Under the pieces are notes generated by a model. That model searched no databases and was not told where the DNA came from. It worked only from the letters and a program-made list of their open reading frames with translations. Positions 1-10,857 of a stretch of DNA of 29,035 bases are shown here, in pieces (position 1 is the first letter of the stretch; every line of letters starts with the position of its first letter). Location: positions 1 to 29,035 of the forward strand of contig NW_021833202.1 of NCBI RefSeq assembly GCF_006345805.1, read 5' to 3'. Source of the stretch: Octopus sinensis. Taxonomy: Eukaryota. Made by a program: the position numbers and the translations under genes.

Positions 1-1260
1 TTTTTTCTTTCTTCTTCGTCTTCATCTTCTTTTCCCTCTTTTTCTTCGTTCTCTTCTTTTCCTTCTTTTCTTTTTCTTTTTCTTCTTCCTCTGCTTCTTC
101 TTCAACAAATCTTTCTTTTGCCCTCCCCCTCTTCATCTTTTTTGTTGTTGATCCTGTTGTCATTGCTGTTGTTCTTCTTCATCATCTTTTTCTTTCTTCC
201 TTTTCTTCTTTTCCTTCTTCTTCTTCTTCTTCTTCTTCTCGATTTCTGTCGTTCTCCCTCTCTCCTTCTCTATTCTCACTCTCCTTTTTTTCCCTCACTT
301 ACCTCCCCTAGTAATATCTCCCCTCCACTCCTCTCGTCATAATATTTCTTTCTTTCCGTTTCATCTCATTCTTCCGTCACTCTTTTATTCACTTCTCTAA
401 AATCTTCAGTTTCTTCTTTTACCTTCTCTCTGTTCATTCTTTCTGTTTCCACCTTCTCTCTCTACCTCTTCATTTTCTCCTCCTTTCTTCTTTTCCTTCT
501 CTTCTCTTTCCTCATTTTCTTTCACTTCTCTTTCTTCAATTATCTTCTTTTTCCTTCTTTCCCTTTCTCTCCTCTTTTAATTCTCATTCCCATTTTCCTT
601 CTTTCCATTTACCTTCACTTCTCTTTATTTATATTTTTCTTTCCTTCTTTCTTTCCTCATTCATTCTTTCTTTGCTTCTTTCTCTTTCTTTTCTCTCATC
701 ATTCATTATCTCTCTTTCTCTCCTCTTCCTCATTCATTCTCCCCTCTTTCTTTTCCTTTACCTTCTCTCTTTCTTATTCATTCTCTCTTTTTCTTTCTCA
801 TCTCTTTTCTTTACTCATTCATTCTCTCTATCTTTCCTTCTTCCCCTCCTCCTCTCTTTTCTCATTCTTTCCCTTCCTCTTCCATTCTCTCTCTTTCTTT
901 CCTCTTCTCTCCCTTATTCATTCTCTCCCTTTCTTTCTCTTCCTTTACCTTCTCACTTTCCTCATTCATTCTCTCTCTTTCCTTCTTTTCCTTAACACTC
1001 TCTCTTTCCTTCTTTTCCATAACACTCTCTTTTTCCTTCTTTTTCTTCCCCCCTCTCTCTTTGCCCTCTCCAACTTACAGTTCTCTACCTTTCACCTCTT
1101 TCACATCTCACGTGTCACTTTTACTCTATCATTCCTCTTCCATTTCCTCTTCCCACACACTTTTTCTTATAAAACTCTCATTCCTCCCCTTCATTAAATT
1201 TTACATTATTTTCCTCCCAAACTATCGACTCACCTCTTCACTCCATTATTCTCTTTCTCC
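1..1260. repeat. Polypyrimidine low-complexity tract (CTT/CT/TTC-rich, very G-poor on + strand)
   Basis: About 1.2 kb composed almost entirely of C and T, with (CTT)n at about 210-240. The L/S/F-rich ORFs here are compositional artefacts. Confidence 0.9.
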
Positions 1261-1270
1261 AAGCTGACAA

Positions 1271-1489
1271 AATCCTTTTCTACTCTAGGCACAAGGCCCG
1301 ACATTTTTTGGGGATGAGGCCAGTCGATTAGATCGACCCCAGTACGCAACTGGTACTTAATTTATCGACCCCCAAAGGATGAAAGGCAAAGTCGACCTCA
1401 GTGGAATTTGAACTCAGAACGTAAAGACAGACGAAATATCGCTGAGCACATCGCCCGGCGTGTTAACGTTTCTGCCAGCTCGCCGCCTT
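1271..1489 (-). mobile_element. tRNA-derived SINE, group B, near full length
   Basis: Reverse complement reads ggcggcgagctggcagaaacgtt...gagttcaaattcc (Pol III A-box-like and B-box-like). Its body and tail (gtcgataaattaagtaccag...gggccttgtgcctagagtagaaaagg) match the copy at 11962-12168. Confidence 0.85.
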
Positions 1490-1494
1490 AACAC

Positions 1495-1624
1495 GCTGAC
1501 AGAATCATTACTGCAACAGACAAAATGCTTAGCGGCATTTTTTCCGGATCTTTACGTTCCGCGTTCGATTTCCGTCAAGATCAACTTAGCCGTTCATCCT
1601 TTCATGATCAATAAAATAAGTAGC
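1495..1624 (+). mobile_element. Diverged group-B SINE, 5' half
   Basis: gctgacagaatcatta...tgcttagcggcattt...tctttacgttcc...gttcgatttcc...ttcatccttt...ataaaataagt is colinear with the copies at 1271-1489 and 11962 (roughly 70% by eye). Confidence 0.7.
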
Positions 1625-1878
1625 CGTTGTGTGTGCTTGTGTGTGGGTTGTGCTGTGTGTGTGTTTGTGTGATTGTTTGACGCGTATCTGAGTGTATGTA
1701 ATGTGTGTGTGATCTGTATGTGTGTGGCTTGTGTGATTATGCGTGGTAGGTCAATGTGTGCACGAATAATTGTGTGTGTGTGTGTGTGTGTATGTGTGCT
1801 TGTGCGCACGCGCGCGCGTGTGTCATTGATGCCAGGCCTTGAACCTGTTTTAGAAAAATATTTGTTTTCTCCTTTGAA

Positions 1879-2093
1879 GTCGCAAAAATGTCTCAGGAAA
1901 GGATCGCATGACGGATTCTTCAAAACGAGCCAACCAGCCACCTGCAGGAAACCGCGGAGCAGACCAAGAACGAGATAATGCATGTCTAAGATTGGTTGCT
2001 TCTGATAGGAATCTTTGGATGTGGTTCTTGAGGATTCTATACCCATGACCCGTCTAGGAGTAGTGGACAGGGACGTGGGATGTATGGATGGAT
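1879..2093 (+). pseudogene. Degenerate RTE-clade LINE 3' end (Rex3/Expander-like)
   Basis: Three frames give VAKMSQERIA*RILQNEPT / RKPRSRPRTR* / RLVASDRNLWMWFLRILYP*, followed by a GGAT-type tail (ggatgtatggatggat, 2078-2093). This follows the RTE C-terminal pattern HVxRM..ER.....L...P.G.R..GRPRTRW...DR..W...L..LPPRP with a (GGAT)n tail, as I recall it for fish Rex3/Expander. Confidence 0.6.
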
Positions 2094-2395
2094 AGAATCG
2101 CTGGAACAGCAGAGAGCACCAAACAAACTATCTTGTTTTCTATAGTTATGACCCATTACTTTCTCAGTTCAAGCCCAGCGGACGTCATCGTTAGGATTAT
2201 TTCTTTTGAGGATCGATAAATTGAAATGCCGATTAAAGTCAAGAGTTGGAATAAACAACTGTTTCCCACAAGCCCTTATAACACACATTTGGGGCGCTGA
2301 GGAAATATTAGTTTTAAATTTTGGTACAAGGCCAGCAAGTTCGTGTGTGTGTATGGCTTGTGTGATTATGCGTGGTAGGTGTACACGAATAATCG

Positions 2396-2495
2396 ATGTC
2401 ACAGGAAAGGATCGCATGACGGTTTCTTCAAAACGAGCCAACCAGCCACCTGCAGGAGACCGTGGGGGCAGATCAAGAACGAGATAATGCATGTC
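2396..2495 (+). pseudogene. Second partial copy of the RTE fragment at 1888-1986
   Basis: atgtcacaggaaaggatcgcatgacgg...cagatcaagaacgagataatgcatgtc is nearly identical to 1888-1986. Confidence 0.7.
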
Positions 2496-2819
2496 ATTTA
2501 CATCGATCCCAGGACCCAGTTGGTACTTATTTTATTAGCTTCGAATAGGGAATTTTTTTAAAGCATTCGCTCGTTACATGGTCCTTAGACCGCTGAAAAC
2601 GTAAGAGCTACTAGAATAAAATGGACGCTAGACAGAAATCAATAGGTGAGGATGTACATTAGACTTAAAAAGAAGAAAACAAGAGGAAAACAATTTGCCA
2701 AATATGCAAATTGATGCAAGCATGTAAGCATAATTTCTTCCACACTGAAATTAATACTATATGAAGGTTGTGAAACAGCCGTAACTCTAAGGATTCACCT
2801 CTCATACCTCCTGATTTTA

Positions 2820-2934
2820 TACATACATACATACATACATACATACATACATACAAGCATACATACACGCATACACATATATATTATGTATATATACATA
2901 CATGCATACGTATACAAACACACACTCACACACA

Positions 2935-2970
<36 letters not shown>

Positions 2971-3000
2971 CACACACACATATATATACTTACATACATA
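2820..3000. repeat. Compound microsatellite (TACA)n/(CA)n/(CACG)n
   Basis: Directly visible tandem repeats. Confidence 0.95.
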
Positions 3001-3017
3001 CGTTTATACATGCATAT

Positions 3018-3299
3018 AAAGCCTTGTGAGAGGATTTGGTAGACGGAAACTGAAAGAAGCCCGTCGTATATATGTATATATGTATATATGCGTGTGTGTG
3101 TCCCCCTAGCATTGCTTGACATCCGATGCTGGTGTGTTTATGTCCCCGTTACTTAGCGGTTCGGCAAAAAAGACCGATAGAATAATTACTGGGCTTACAA
3201 AAGAATAAGTCCCGGGGTCGAGTTGCTCGATTAAAGGCGGTGCTCCAGCATGGCCGCAGTCAAATGACTGAAACAAGTAAAAGGGTAAAAGAGTAAGAG
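3018..3299 (+). mobile_element. tRNA-derived SINE, group A, 5'-truncated
   Basis: aaagccttgtgagaggatttggtagacggaaactgaaagaagcccgtcg...cttagcggttcggcaaaa...ggtgctccagcatggccgcagtcaaatgactgaaacaagtaaaa matches the copies at 5412-5832 (-) and 24614-25006 (+). Confidence 0.9.
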
Positions 3300-3300
3300 T

Positions 3301-3495
3301 ATACAAACACACACTCACGCACACGCACGCACGCACGCACACGCACGCACGCACGCACACGCACGCACGCACGCACGCACACACACACGTTTATATATAT
3401 ATATATATACACGCACGTTTATATATATATATATATATACATACATACACACGCACGCACACACACAAACACACACACACTCATATATTAAGATA
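3301..3495. repeat. Compound microsatellite (CACG)n/(CA)n/(TA)n
   Basis: Directly visible tandem repeats. Confidence 0.95.
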
Positions 3496-4130
3496 GATAT
3501 ATGAGCTTCAACTTATCTTTTACTCTGTGTTTTGGTTTTGGGTCGTCTGGTGTTATTAGTGAGGGAGCTGAAGAGACAAGCAATTGACATAGGGAAGCAA
3601 TTCGCATCTTTTATATAAACAAAAGTGTTCATTACTTGAGCCCCTATTATTCGTTGAAAAACCGTTTGAAAATGAGTCTCTATATTCATCTATTCTATTA
3701 AAATACCCATAATATGTGATCATGTTCATTTAGTGTTAAAAGAAACACTATATTTAGATGTCTTTAGTATCAAGTGCACAAAACACACGAAACCAAGAAA
3801 AGTGGTTATTGTTACAAAACTTTTAGCATTGTGGCTTTGAGGAATATCTTTAACCATATCCCTTAAAAGGTTTTTAGAATTCAATAAAAAATATGCACCG
3901 TTTAGTGACTCGTACTTCAATTATATTATGCAAACCACAATAAAAGCGAATAACCAGGAAATATTTGATATAGCTACGGGGAACTACGAGGTGGGTTGAT
4001 CTCTGCCGTTGTCACACAATGAATGCTGTTAGGAATGAGTTCATCGACAAATCTAAAGAAATTTACGAAGTTTATTTGGAAATCGCATAAGAAACGAATC
4101 TAAGTACAACTTTTGTGTGTGCGCGTGTGT

Positions 4131-4169
<39 letters not shown>

Positions 4170-5411
4170 AAAGTAAGATAGGGGTTATGAGGGTAACCCA
4201 CTATGGGATATCAGTTATCCAATATACTGCTGGTGAAGCACCCAAATGCCAAATACATCTGACTAATATAGGTAGAATGAGATACTTTTATCTAGAGGCT
4301 GAAACAGCTGTAAGGACCATTTTATGTGTATTATTCTTATGGTATTATTATCTTGCATATTGATTTATATCGTTTTGTTCGATTTGGATGTTTCTATTTA
4401 TATAGTTAATAAATAATATGAAATGGTAATATCTGTAAGTTGATGATTGAAATGAATTTGTTCCTCAATTTTCTTATTTGTATTATATATATATGTGTGT
4501 ATGTGTGTGTGTGTGTATGTTCGTATGTGTGTATGTATTTTGTTGTAACATAACGTAAAAGAGCAGTATCTTAATACAAAAATCCAGCCATTTCTCCATC
4601 TCTCCAGAATCCTTAAAAACTTATTTTGTAAATTTAGTAATCAACCTAAACTTTCGACAAGGAACACTTATCGTTTAACCATACTGCACGTTATTGCAAT
4701 GGTGACCCAAAAGATAGTGACTTCAAAAATAGAATACATTACGTACGTGACGACACGAATATTCATAATGACAAAAAACCGAAACAAAGTATTCTACGGT
4801 ATATAATTTCCTATTAATACGTTACATATTAGAACAACACTAATATAATGCAAAAACTAAAACAGAAATATTTTCATGGTATAATGAACCCTGAAGTTTA
4901 AGAGTTTATTTCTGTCTTAGTTTTTGCATTATATTAATGTTGTTCTAATCTTGTTAGAATTTAAAAAACCTAATAAGTTTCCTTAAGTCATACAGATAAA
5001 CTTTCTACGGTAAACTACGGAGTCTTTAATTGACATAACGTTAAGGTGAGCTAGAGTCGCACCAAAACTTTCGCTGTTTCTGTTGCCAGAAAAGAACAAG
5101 AGAAAACCTTGCAGTATGAATACATTAAACACTTCTTCTCTGGAGAGTTAATACAACTCAAATATCTGTCCTCTTAATGGTATATATGTTTATCGGTCTT
5201 ATTAGGCTTTTTACAAATAATAGTAAAAAGAAAATAGTTATCGCTTATACACGATTCTTGCATAATATATTCAAAAATCTACGGTATATATTTTCACACG
5301 CGTTATGATGACACATATACGCATAAACATATATATATATATATATACATATATGCATAAATTATATATATATATATATACATATATACATAAATTATAT
5401 ATATATATATA

Positions 5412-5832
5412 TTTTTACTTGTTTCAGTCATTTGACTGCGGCCATGCTGGAGCACCGCCTTTAGTCAAGCAAATCGACCCCGGGACGTATTCTTGTAAGC
5501 CCAGTACTTATTCTATCGGTCTCTTTTGCCGAACCGCTAAGTGACGGGGACGTAAACACACCAGTATCGGTTGTCAAGCAATGCTAGGGGGACAAACCAC
5601 AACACACAAACACACAAACACACACACACCACACATATATAATATAATATATATATATATATATACATATACGACAGGCTTCTTTCAGTTTCCGTCTACC
5701 AAATCCACTCAGAAGGCTTTGTCGGCCCGAGGCTATAGCAGAAGAACTTGCCCAAGATGCCACGCAGTGGGACTGAACCCGGAAACATGTGGTTGGTTAG
5801 CAAGCTACTTACCACACAGCCACTCCTGCGCC
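5412..5832 (-). mobile_element. tRNA-derived SINE, group A, full length, inserted in (TA)n
   Basis: Reverse complement starts ggcgcaggagtggctgtgtggtaag (A-box-like) ...gggttcagtccc (B-box-like), then has an internal TA/CA microsatellite and the 3' tail ...gactgaaacaagtaaaaa. Similar octopus SINEs were described as the OK/OR1/OR2 families; I do not assign the exact family. Confidence 0.9.
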
Positions 5833-7519
5833 TATATATATACATATATATATACATACATACATACATACATACATACATACATACATACATACATACA
5901 TACATTCATACACATACAGACAAAGACACACATATGTACATGTATGGGAGTTCTTATAGCTGGAAGTATATTTATATATACATATATATATACATACATA
6001 CATACTAAGAATACACACACACTCACATACATTCACACACATACAGACAAAGACACACATATATACATGTATGGGAGTTCTTATAGCTGGAAGAACTACT
6101 ATAGGTGAGAAATAGATGTACATGCGAAGCGTTTAACTTCTTAGTTTAATTATATGATTTACTAGTAGAGATACCCGACATTGCCCGTGTTACATGCAAT
6201 TGAAGAATTAGACATTTCTGTTATATTTTCTGTAAATAACTGGAATATGTATGTTTCGAATTTCATCAAATTTGCAGATGAGGGTTATTTCCCTTTTTAC
6301 ACACCCTAAAAAATTGTAATCGTGCCACATGTATCCCATGCTACTGATTTTTATGCGCATATTACAAAATTCCAGTCTTATTGAACCTGTTAAAAAGATT
6401 TTGCTCCTGAAAAATGAAGGTGATGGAGCTCTAAAATGTGAGAGTTAAGGCCTCTGTTGGGGGTGGGCATCTTAATGTCAACCAGAGAATTTGAATTGTT
6501 GAGAATCTTTTAAACTTGGGTCTTATATCTGTTGTTTGAATTTCTTTAAAATAGGAAATATATGTTCATTGGGTTTGTAAAAGAGAGCAAGCTACAGGAA
6601 ACCAAAAGACGAATGATTACAATAAGCAGTCAGCTACCCTACCCTAGTCGTTACCATTCCCAATGTAGGATTCCTCACCATCCAGGTGACAGACACAGCC
6701 GTAAGATGCATTACGAATCTATAGCAATTGGAAGGGCGTGACCCAACTGAAATAAACATTAACAACTGTGTGATGTGAGGGCTAAGGAGAAATGAAAGTG
6801 TCACCTCTGGAGTTTGCAAATGTCCACTATACTGATACGTAACTGGACAGAATAAATTTACAATCTATGTCTTTGAGTAACCAGTCACTCATCTGGGAAG
6901 GCCTTGAAATCAATGTTACCATCTGGGGATTATGTGTGACCCAGTGATAATAAAATGACTGAAAGGAGGTCTGCAATCAACACTTTGCAACTGAATCAGT
7001 GGAGGCAAAGATGCCTCTCATTTACTTGACAATTTATGCAGCACATTGCAGAAATCACAATGTAAGTGTATATCAAAGCAAACTGTGACAATGTTGTACC
7101 ATTAAATTACAAATAATGCTCATCTTTTATGCTCAGGTAACCCTATAGCTTCCAAGAGCCAACTGTATTCGTTTTTGCTAAGATAAAATGACAAAATTGT
7201 GGGTGTTAAGTCCCCATGGAGGGGGTCTTTGTAACTTGTAAGAAGATGAAATTTTATAAATATTACTTCATTTGTGTCTAATATCTATGGTTAAAATTTC
7301 ATCAACAGCAAAAATATATGAATTGTCATGGGGGTTATGGTCCTTATGCATAGAATATAATTTCCAAATTTCATAAAGATCCATTCAGTACTTTTCACCT
7401 AGGTTTGGATCATAAAAGAAATGACTCACGTTAGGGTGTTATATATATACACACACATGCAAAGATAAATTAATAGATACAACTGAGTGGGCAAACAAAA
7501 ATATGAGACACTGCCTAGT

Positions 7520-7849
7520 GCTTTTTTTTATTTTGATAAGCCTGGTACTTATTTTATCAGTTTCTTCTTGTGAAACCAGTAAGTTATGGGGATGTAAATA
7601 AACGAACAACAGTTGTGAAACAGTGATGAGGAAGAAACGCAAAGACACACACATAAACTTACATATATACATACATATATATATATGTGATTGATTTCTT
7701 TCAGTTTCTGTCTACAAAATCCACTGACAAGGCTTTGGTTGGTCTGAAGCTATAGCAGAAGACACATGCCAAGTTACCACACATTGGGACTGAACTGAGG
7801 ACCATGTGCTTTGGAACCAAGTTTGTTACTACACAGCTACACCTGCACT
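7520..7849 (-). mobile_element. Old, diverged group-A SINE
   Basis: gataagcctggtacttattttatcag...gtaagttatggggatgtaaat...ttctttcagtttctgtctacaaaatccact...gggactgaact...acacagctacacctgcac is colinear with 5412-5832. Confidence 0.75.
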
Positions 7850-7903
7850 TATGTATGTGTGTGCGTGTGTGTGTATGTGTGTATGGGAGTATATATGTGT
7901 ACA

Positions 7904-7940
<37 letters not shown>

Positions 7941-8173
7941 CTACACATACATGTATACATATACATGTATACATATACATCTATACATATACATGCATAC
8001 ATATACAGCTATACACATACATGTATACATATAACATCTATATATACAGTATATATATACATACATCCATATATATATACATGTATATATACCATGTATA
8101 TATAATATATTATATATATATATATATACATACATACATATATTACATCAATATATATACATCTATTGTATAC

Positions 8174-8210
<37 letters not shown>

Positions 8211-8220
8211 ATATATACGT
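7850..8220. repeat. Long compound (GT)/(TA)/(TACA) microsatellite
   Basis: Directly visible; it accounts for the Y/I/H/T-rich ORFs. Confidence 0.95.
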
Positions 8221-9244
8221 GTAAATTTAAATTTAAAATAGTAAGGGTGAAAAATTGAATATTAATTTGATTAATATGAATTGAAAACCAGTGGTGTAGC
8301 ATATAAGACCATAGCGGATCTTCTTCTAGCAAAATGGATGTTCACTGTTAATAGTTCATCCCTCTTATATAATACTTTCACTTTAATAGTTTCAGTATTA
8401 AAGTGAAAGTATCTAACATTACAATAGAGAGATGTTTTTGTTTTACTTTTAACACGTAATACTGAAATAGTGGAGAAGATATGATATTGCTGTGGGCTCG
8501 TCCTAGGCAAGAAGTTAAAAAATTTTTGCCCATGACACTACATGGGCCCTAAGTATGGCATGTGTAAAATTTGAATGAAATTGGTTGCGTAGTTCTCAAG
8601 TTTTAGGGATTCACTCACACAGACGCCATTCTCAGTTTTATATATATAGATTATGATAGCCTGCATTTAATTCTGATAAATATATTGTATGTATGGAGGA
8701 AGAGAGAGGTAGAGAGAGGGTGAGAGTGAGAGAGAAAGAGAAAAGGTAGGATTTAACTACGAATGATTAAATCTATGATTGTGGGCTTTACTGTTGGATA
8801 TGCGATGTGATGTATGTTGTATAAAACTTGCATTGTGGGCGTACATGATACAAAACTTGAAATGAAAGGACATGATATCGATCTTTCTCAGGTACGTGTC
8901 TAATACAGAACATGAAGGAGTAGAGTTAGGATTTAAGACCTGCAGGCTGTGTATTCGCTCTAATTATAGGTTTGAATTTATAGCTGTAATTATTATATGT
9001 GCTCAGTTACGTTAAGTGCTATTAACCGAAGTAAACTTGGTAAGTTGGTCGTTTCTAAAAGACATTAAGAGATTCTGCCATTAAACTCTGTTATAGAAAT
9101 TTGATCCATTAGGTGAGACAAAATGACATGCAAGGTCAGTATTTATGTAATCCGGTTGGGTCCGTTGTTTTGTGAATATTCAGGAAGGCGCCGAATTTGC
9201 GATTCTCTTCGCGACTTTTAAGGAATAAACTAAAACAGAGAGTG

Positions 9245-9411
9245 AAATACATACATATGTACACACATATTTATATATATGTATGTATATATACATACAT
9301 ATATGTATATACACACACACACATATATAAGGATATATGTACGTTATGCACGTAAAGATATATATGTATATGTATATATATATTATACATATTATATATA
9401 TATATATATGC

Positions 9412-9444
<33 letters not shown>

Positions 9445-9606
9445 ATACATTACAAAGTTAAAAGTTATGGCGGTTATAGAGTGACCATTTGTTTCGCACC
9501 TTTAAATTTGTATGTATGTATGTATGTATATATGTATGTATGTATGCATGTATGTATGTATGTATGTATGTATGTATGTATGTATGTGTGTATGTATGTA
9601 TGTATG
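9245..9606. repeat. (TA)n-rich and (TATG)n microsatellites with a short unique spacer
   Basis: Directly visible tandem repeats at about 9245-9450 and 9508-9606. Confidence 0.9.
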
Positions 9607-9937
9607 TACAAGGCTGGGCGGCAAAGCCTGGCTGTGAAGGAGCGATGTTAGAATTTCGACTGCTTATTAATAACCGCATTGTACCTTTCAGGTAAACCGG
9701 CATACAACTATTCAAAGAAGACTTCAAAGATAGCTAGTAACGACGTTTTTGAAAATGGAAAAAATTTGGCATCGTGATGCTATCAAGAACCAGCAGAAAA
9801 AGTGTTTATCTCCCAACGAAATCCTTGCGCACACGGTTGTTGCATTAGGGATGACGCTCCAGCTTTATCAGCTGTGCAAAAGTGGGCGGTTGAGTTAAGG
9901 AGTGGAACGGAGTCTTGAATATGTCTCAAGGTCTGGC
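9607..9937 (+). mobile_element. Mariner transposon left-end relic with frameshifted transposase N-terminus
   Basis: From ATG 9755: MEKIWHRDAIKNQQKKCLSPNEILAHTVVALG / DDAPALSAVQKWAVELRSGTE / SLEYVSRSG (two small frameshifts). This fits the mariner HTH N-terminus pattern MEK...R..IK......G..AP..STV..W...F..G..S.ED..RSGRP. The left boundary is approximate. Confidence 0.8.
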
Positions 9938-10085
9938 AGAGTTTGAACTAAGAATATAAAGACGGACAAAATGTCATGAAGCATTTTGTCCGGCGTGCTA
10001 ACAGATCTGCTATAATACTTTCTATTATAAGAAAAAACCTGAAATTTTAGGGGAGGTGTCCAGTCGATTATATCAACACCCTAAC
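9938..10085 (-). mobile_element. Group-B SINE fragments (head piece followed by tail piece)
   Basis: gagtttgaactaagaatataaagacggac...cattttgtccggcgtgctaac matches the B head in reverse; cctgaaattttaggggaggtgtccagtcgattatatc matches the B tail in reverse. Confidence 0.6.
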
Positions 10086-10324
10086 CATGCATTTATACAC
10101 ACACACACACATATGTGCGTGTCTATATATATATAAAGATATATATTATATTATTTCGCTTAGGCATAGCGAGTCTCATAACCAGATGTTAGAACTTAAT
10201 TTACATATGTTTCAGAACAAAGCGTCAGTCGAGTACAGAGCAGTAATAAGAAATTATGTCATGAAGTTCATGACATATCTTATTCCCTACTCACTTCAAT
10301 TTCTGGTATATATATATATATTAT

Positions 10325-10359
<35 letters not shown>

Positions 10360-10383
10360 TGTATATATATGACCTTCTCCTAT

Positions 10384-10418
10384 GTTTCCCACGAAGAGCT
10401 CCGCTCGAAACGTTAAAC
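10384..10418 (+). ncRNA. Decayed minimal type I hammerhead-like motif, probably Penelope-like-element associated
   Basis: Layout is gttt (stem I) - cccacga (core CUGANGA with 2 substitutions) - a - GAGC ucc GCUC (stem II) - GAAA - cgu (palindromic ACGU stem III) - u - aaac (pairs with gttt). Confidence 0.45.
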
Positions 10419-10514
10419 CCTCCTTCTTCCCTTCTTTCTGAGCGTCCAATAATACTATATTTGTTCCACGTCCTCGCGTTGTGTTTTTTCGTGTTTTCTT
10501 GTTTGGATTAACTA

Positions 10515-10857
10515 TATATATACATAAATATACAATAAACACACACACACACACACATATATATTATATATATATACATATATATGTACATACATATATA
10601 TATACATATATATATATACATACATATATATATATGTATATATATATATATGTATTGTATATATATATGTATGTATATATATCCCTATTCAGTTTTATTT
10701 CAAGATTTCTTGCCAATAAAGTGCTGGTTTCTACCCTAGATTCAAGGTCCCTTCATTGAAATTTCAACGGCATGAACAAGGTATGTATGTATGTATGTAT
10801 GTATGTATGTATGTATGTATGTATGTATGTATGTACGTACGTACGCATGTATATATA
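10515..10857. repeat. (TA)/(CA)/(TATG) microsatellites flanking a ~100-bp non-repetitive segment
   Basis: Directly visible at about 10515-10682 and 10781-10857. Confidence 0.9.

Larger units (their letters stand above)
6162..8650 (-). mobile_element. Probable composite non-autonomous Helitron (both termini seen, continuity uncertain)
   Basis: The minus-strand 5' end reads A|TCTATATATATAAAACTGAGAATGG at 8650. The minus-strand 3' end reads cacgggcaatgtcggg (degenerate hairpin), 8 nt, CTAG|T at 6162, which is the same hairpin-to-CTAG spacing as the Helitron at 22192-22563. A/T flanks fit Helitron insertion. Confidence 0.5.

Noticed and set aside
118-1267. Hydrophobic L/F/S-rich ORFs resembling membrane proteins
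   Set aside because: These are translations of a CT-only tract that lacks stop codons by composition, and most start at non-ATG codons.
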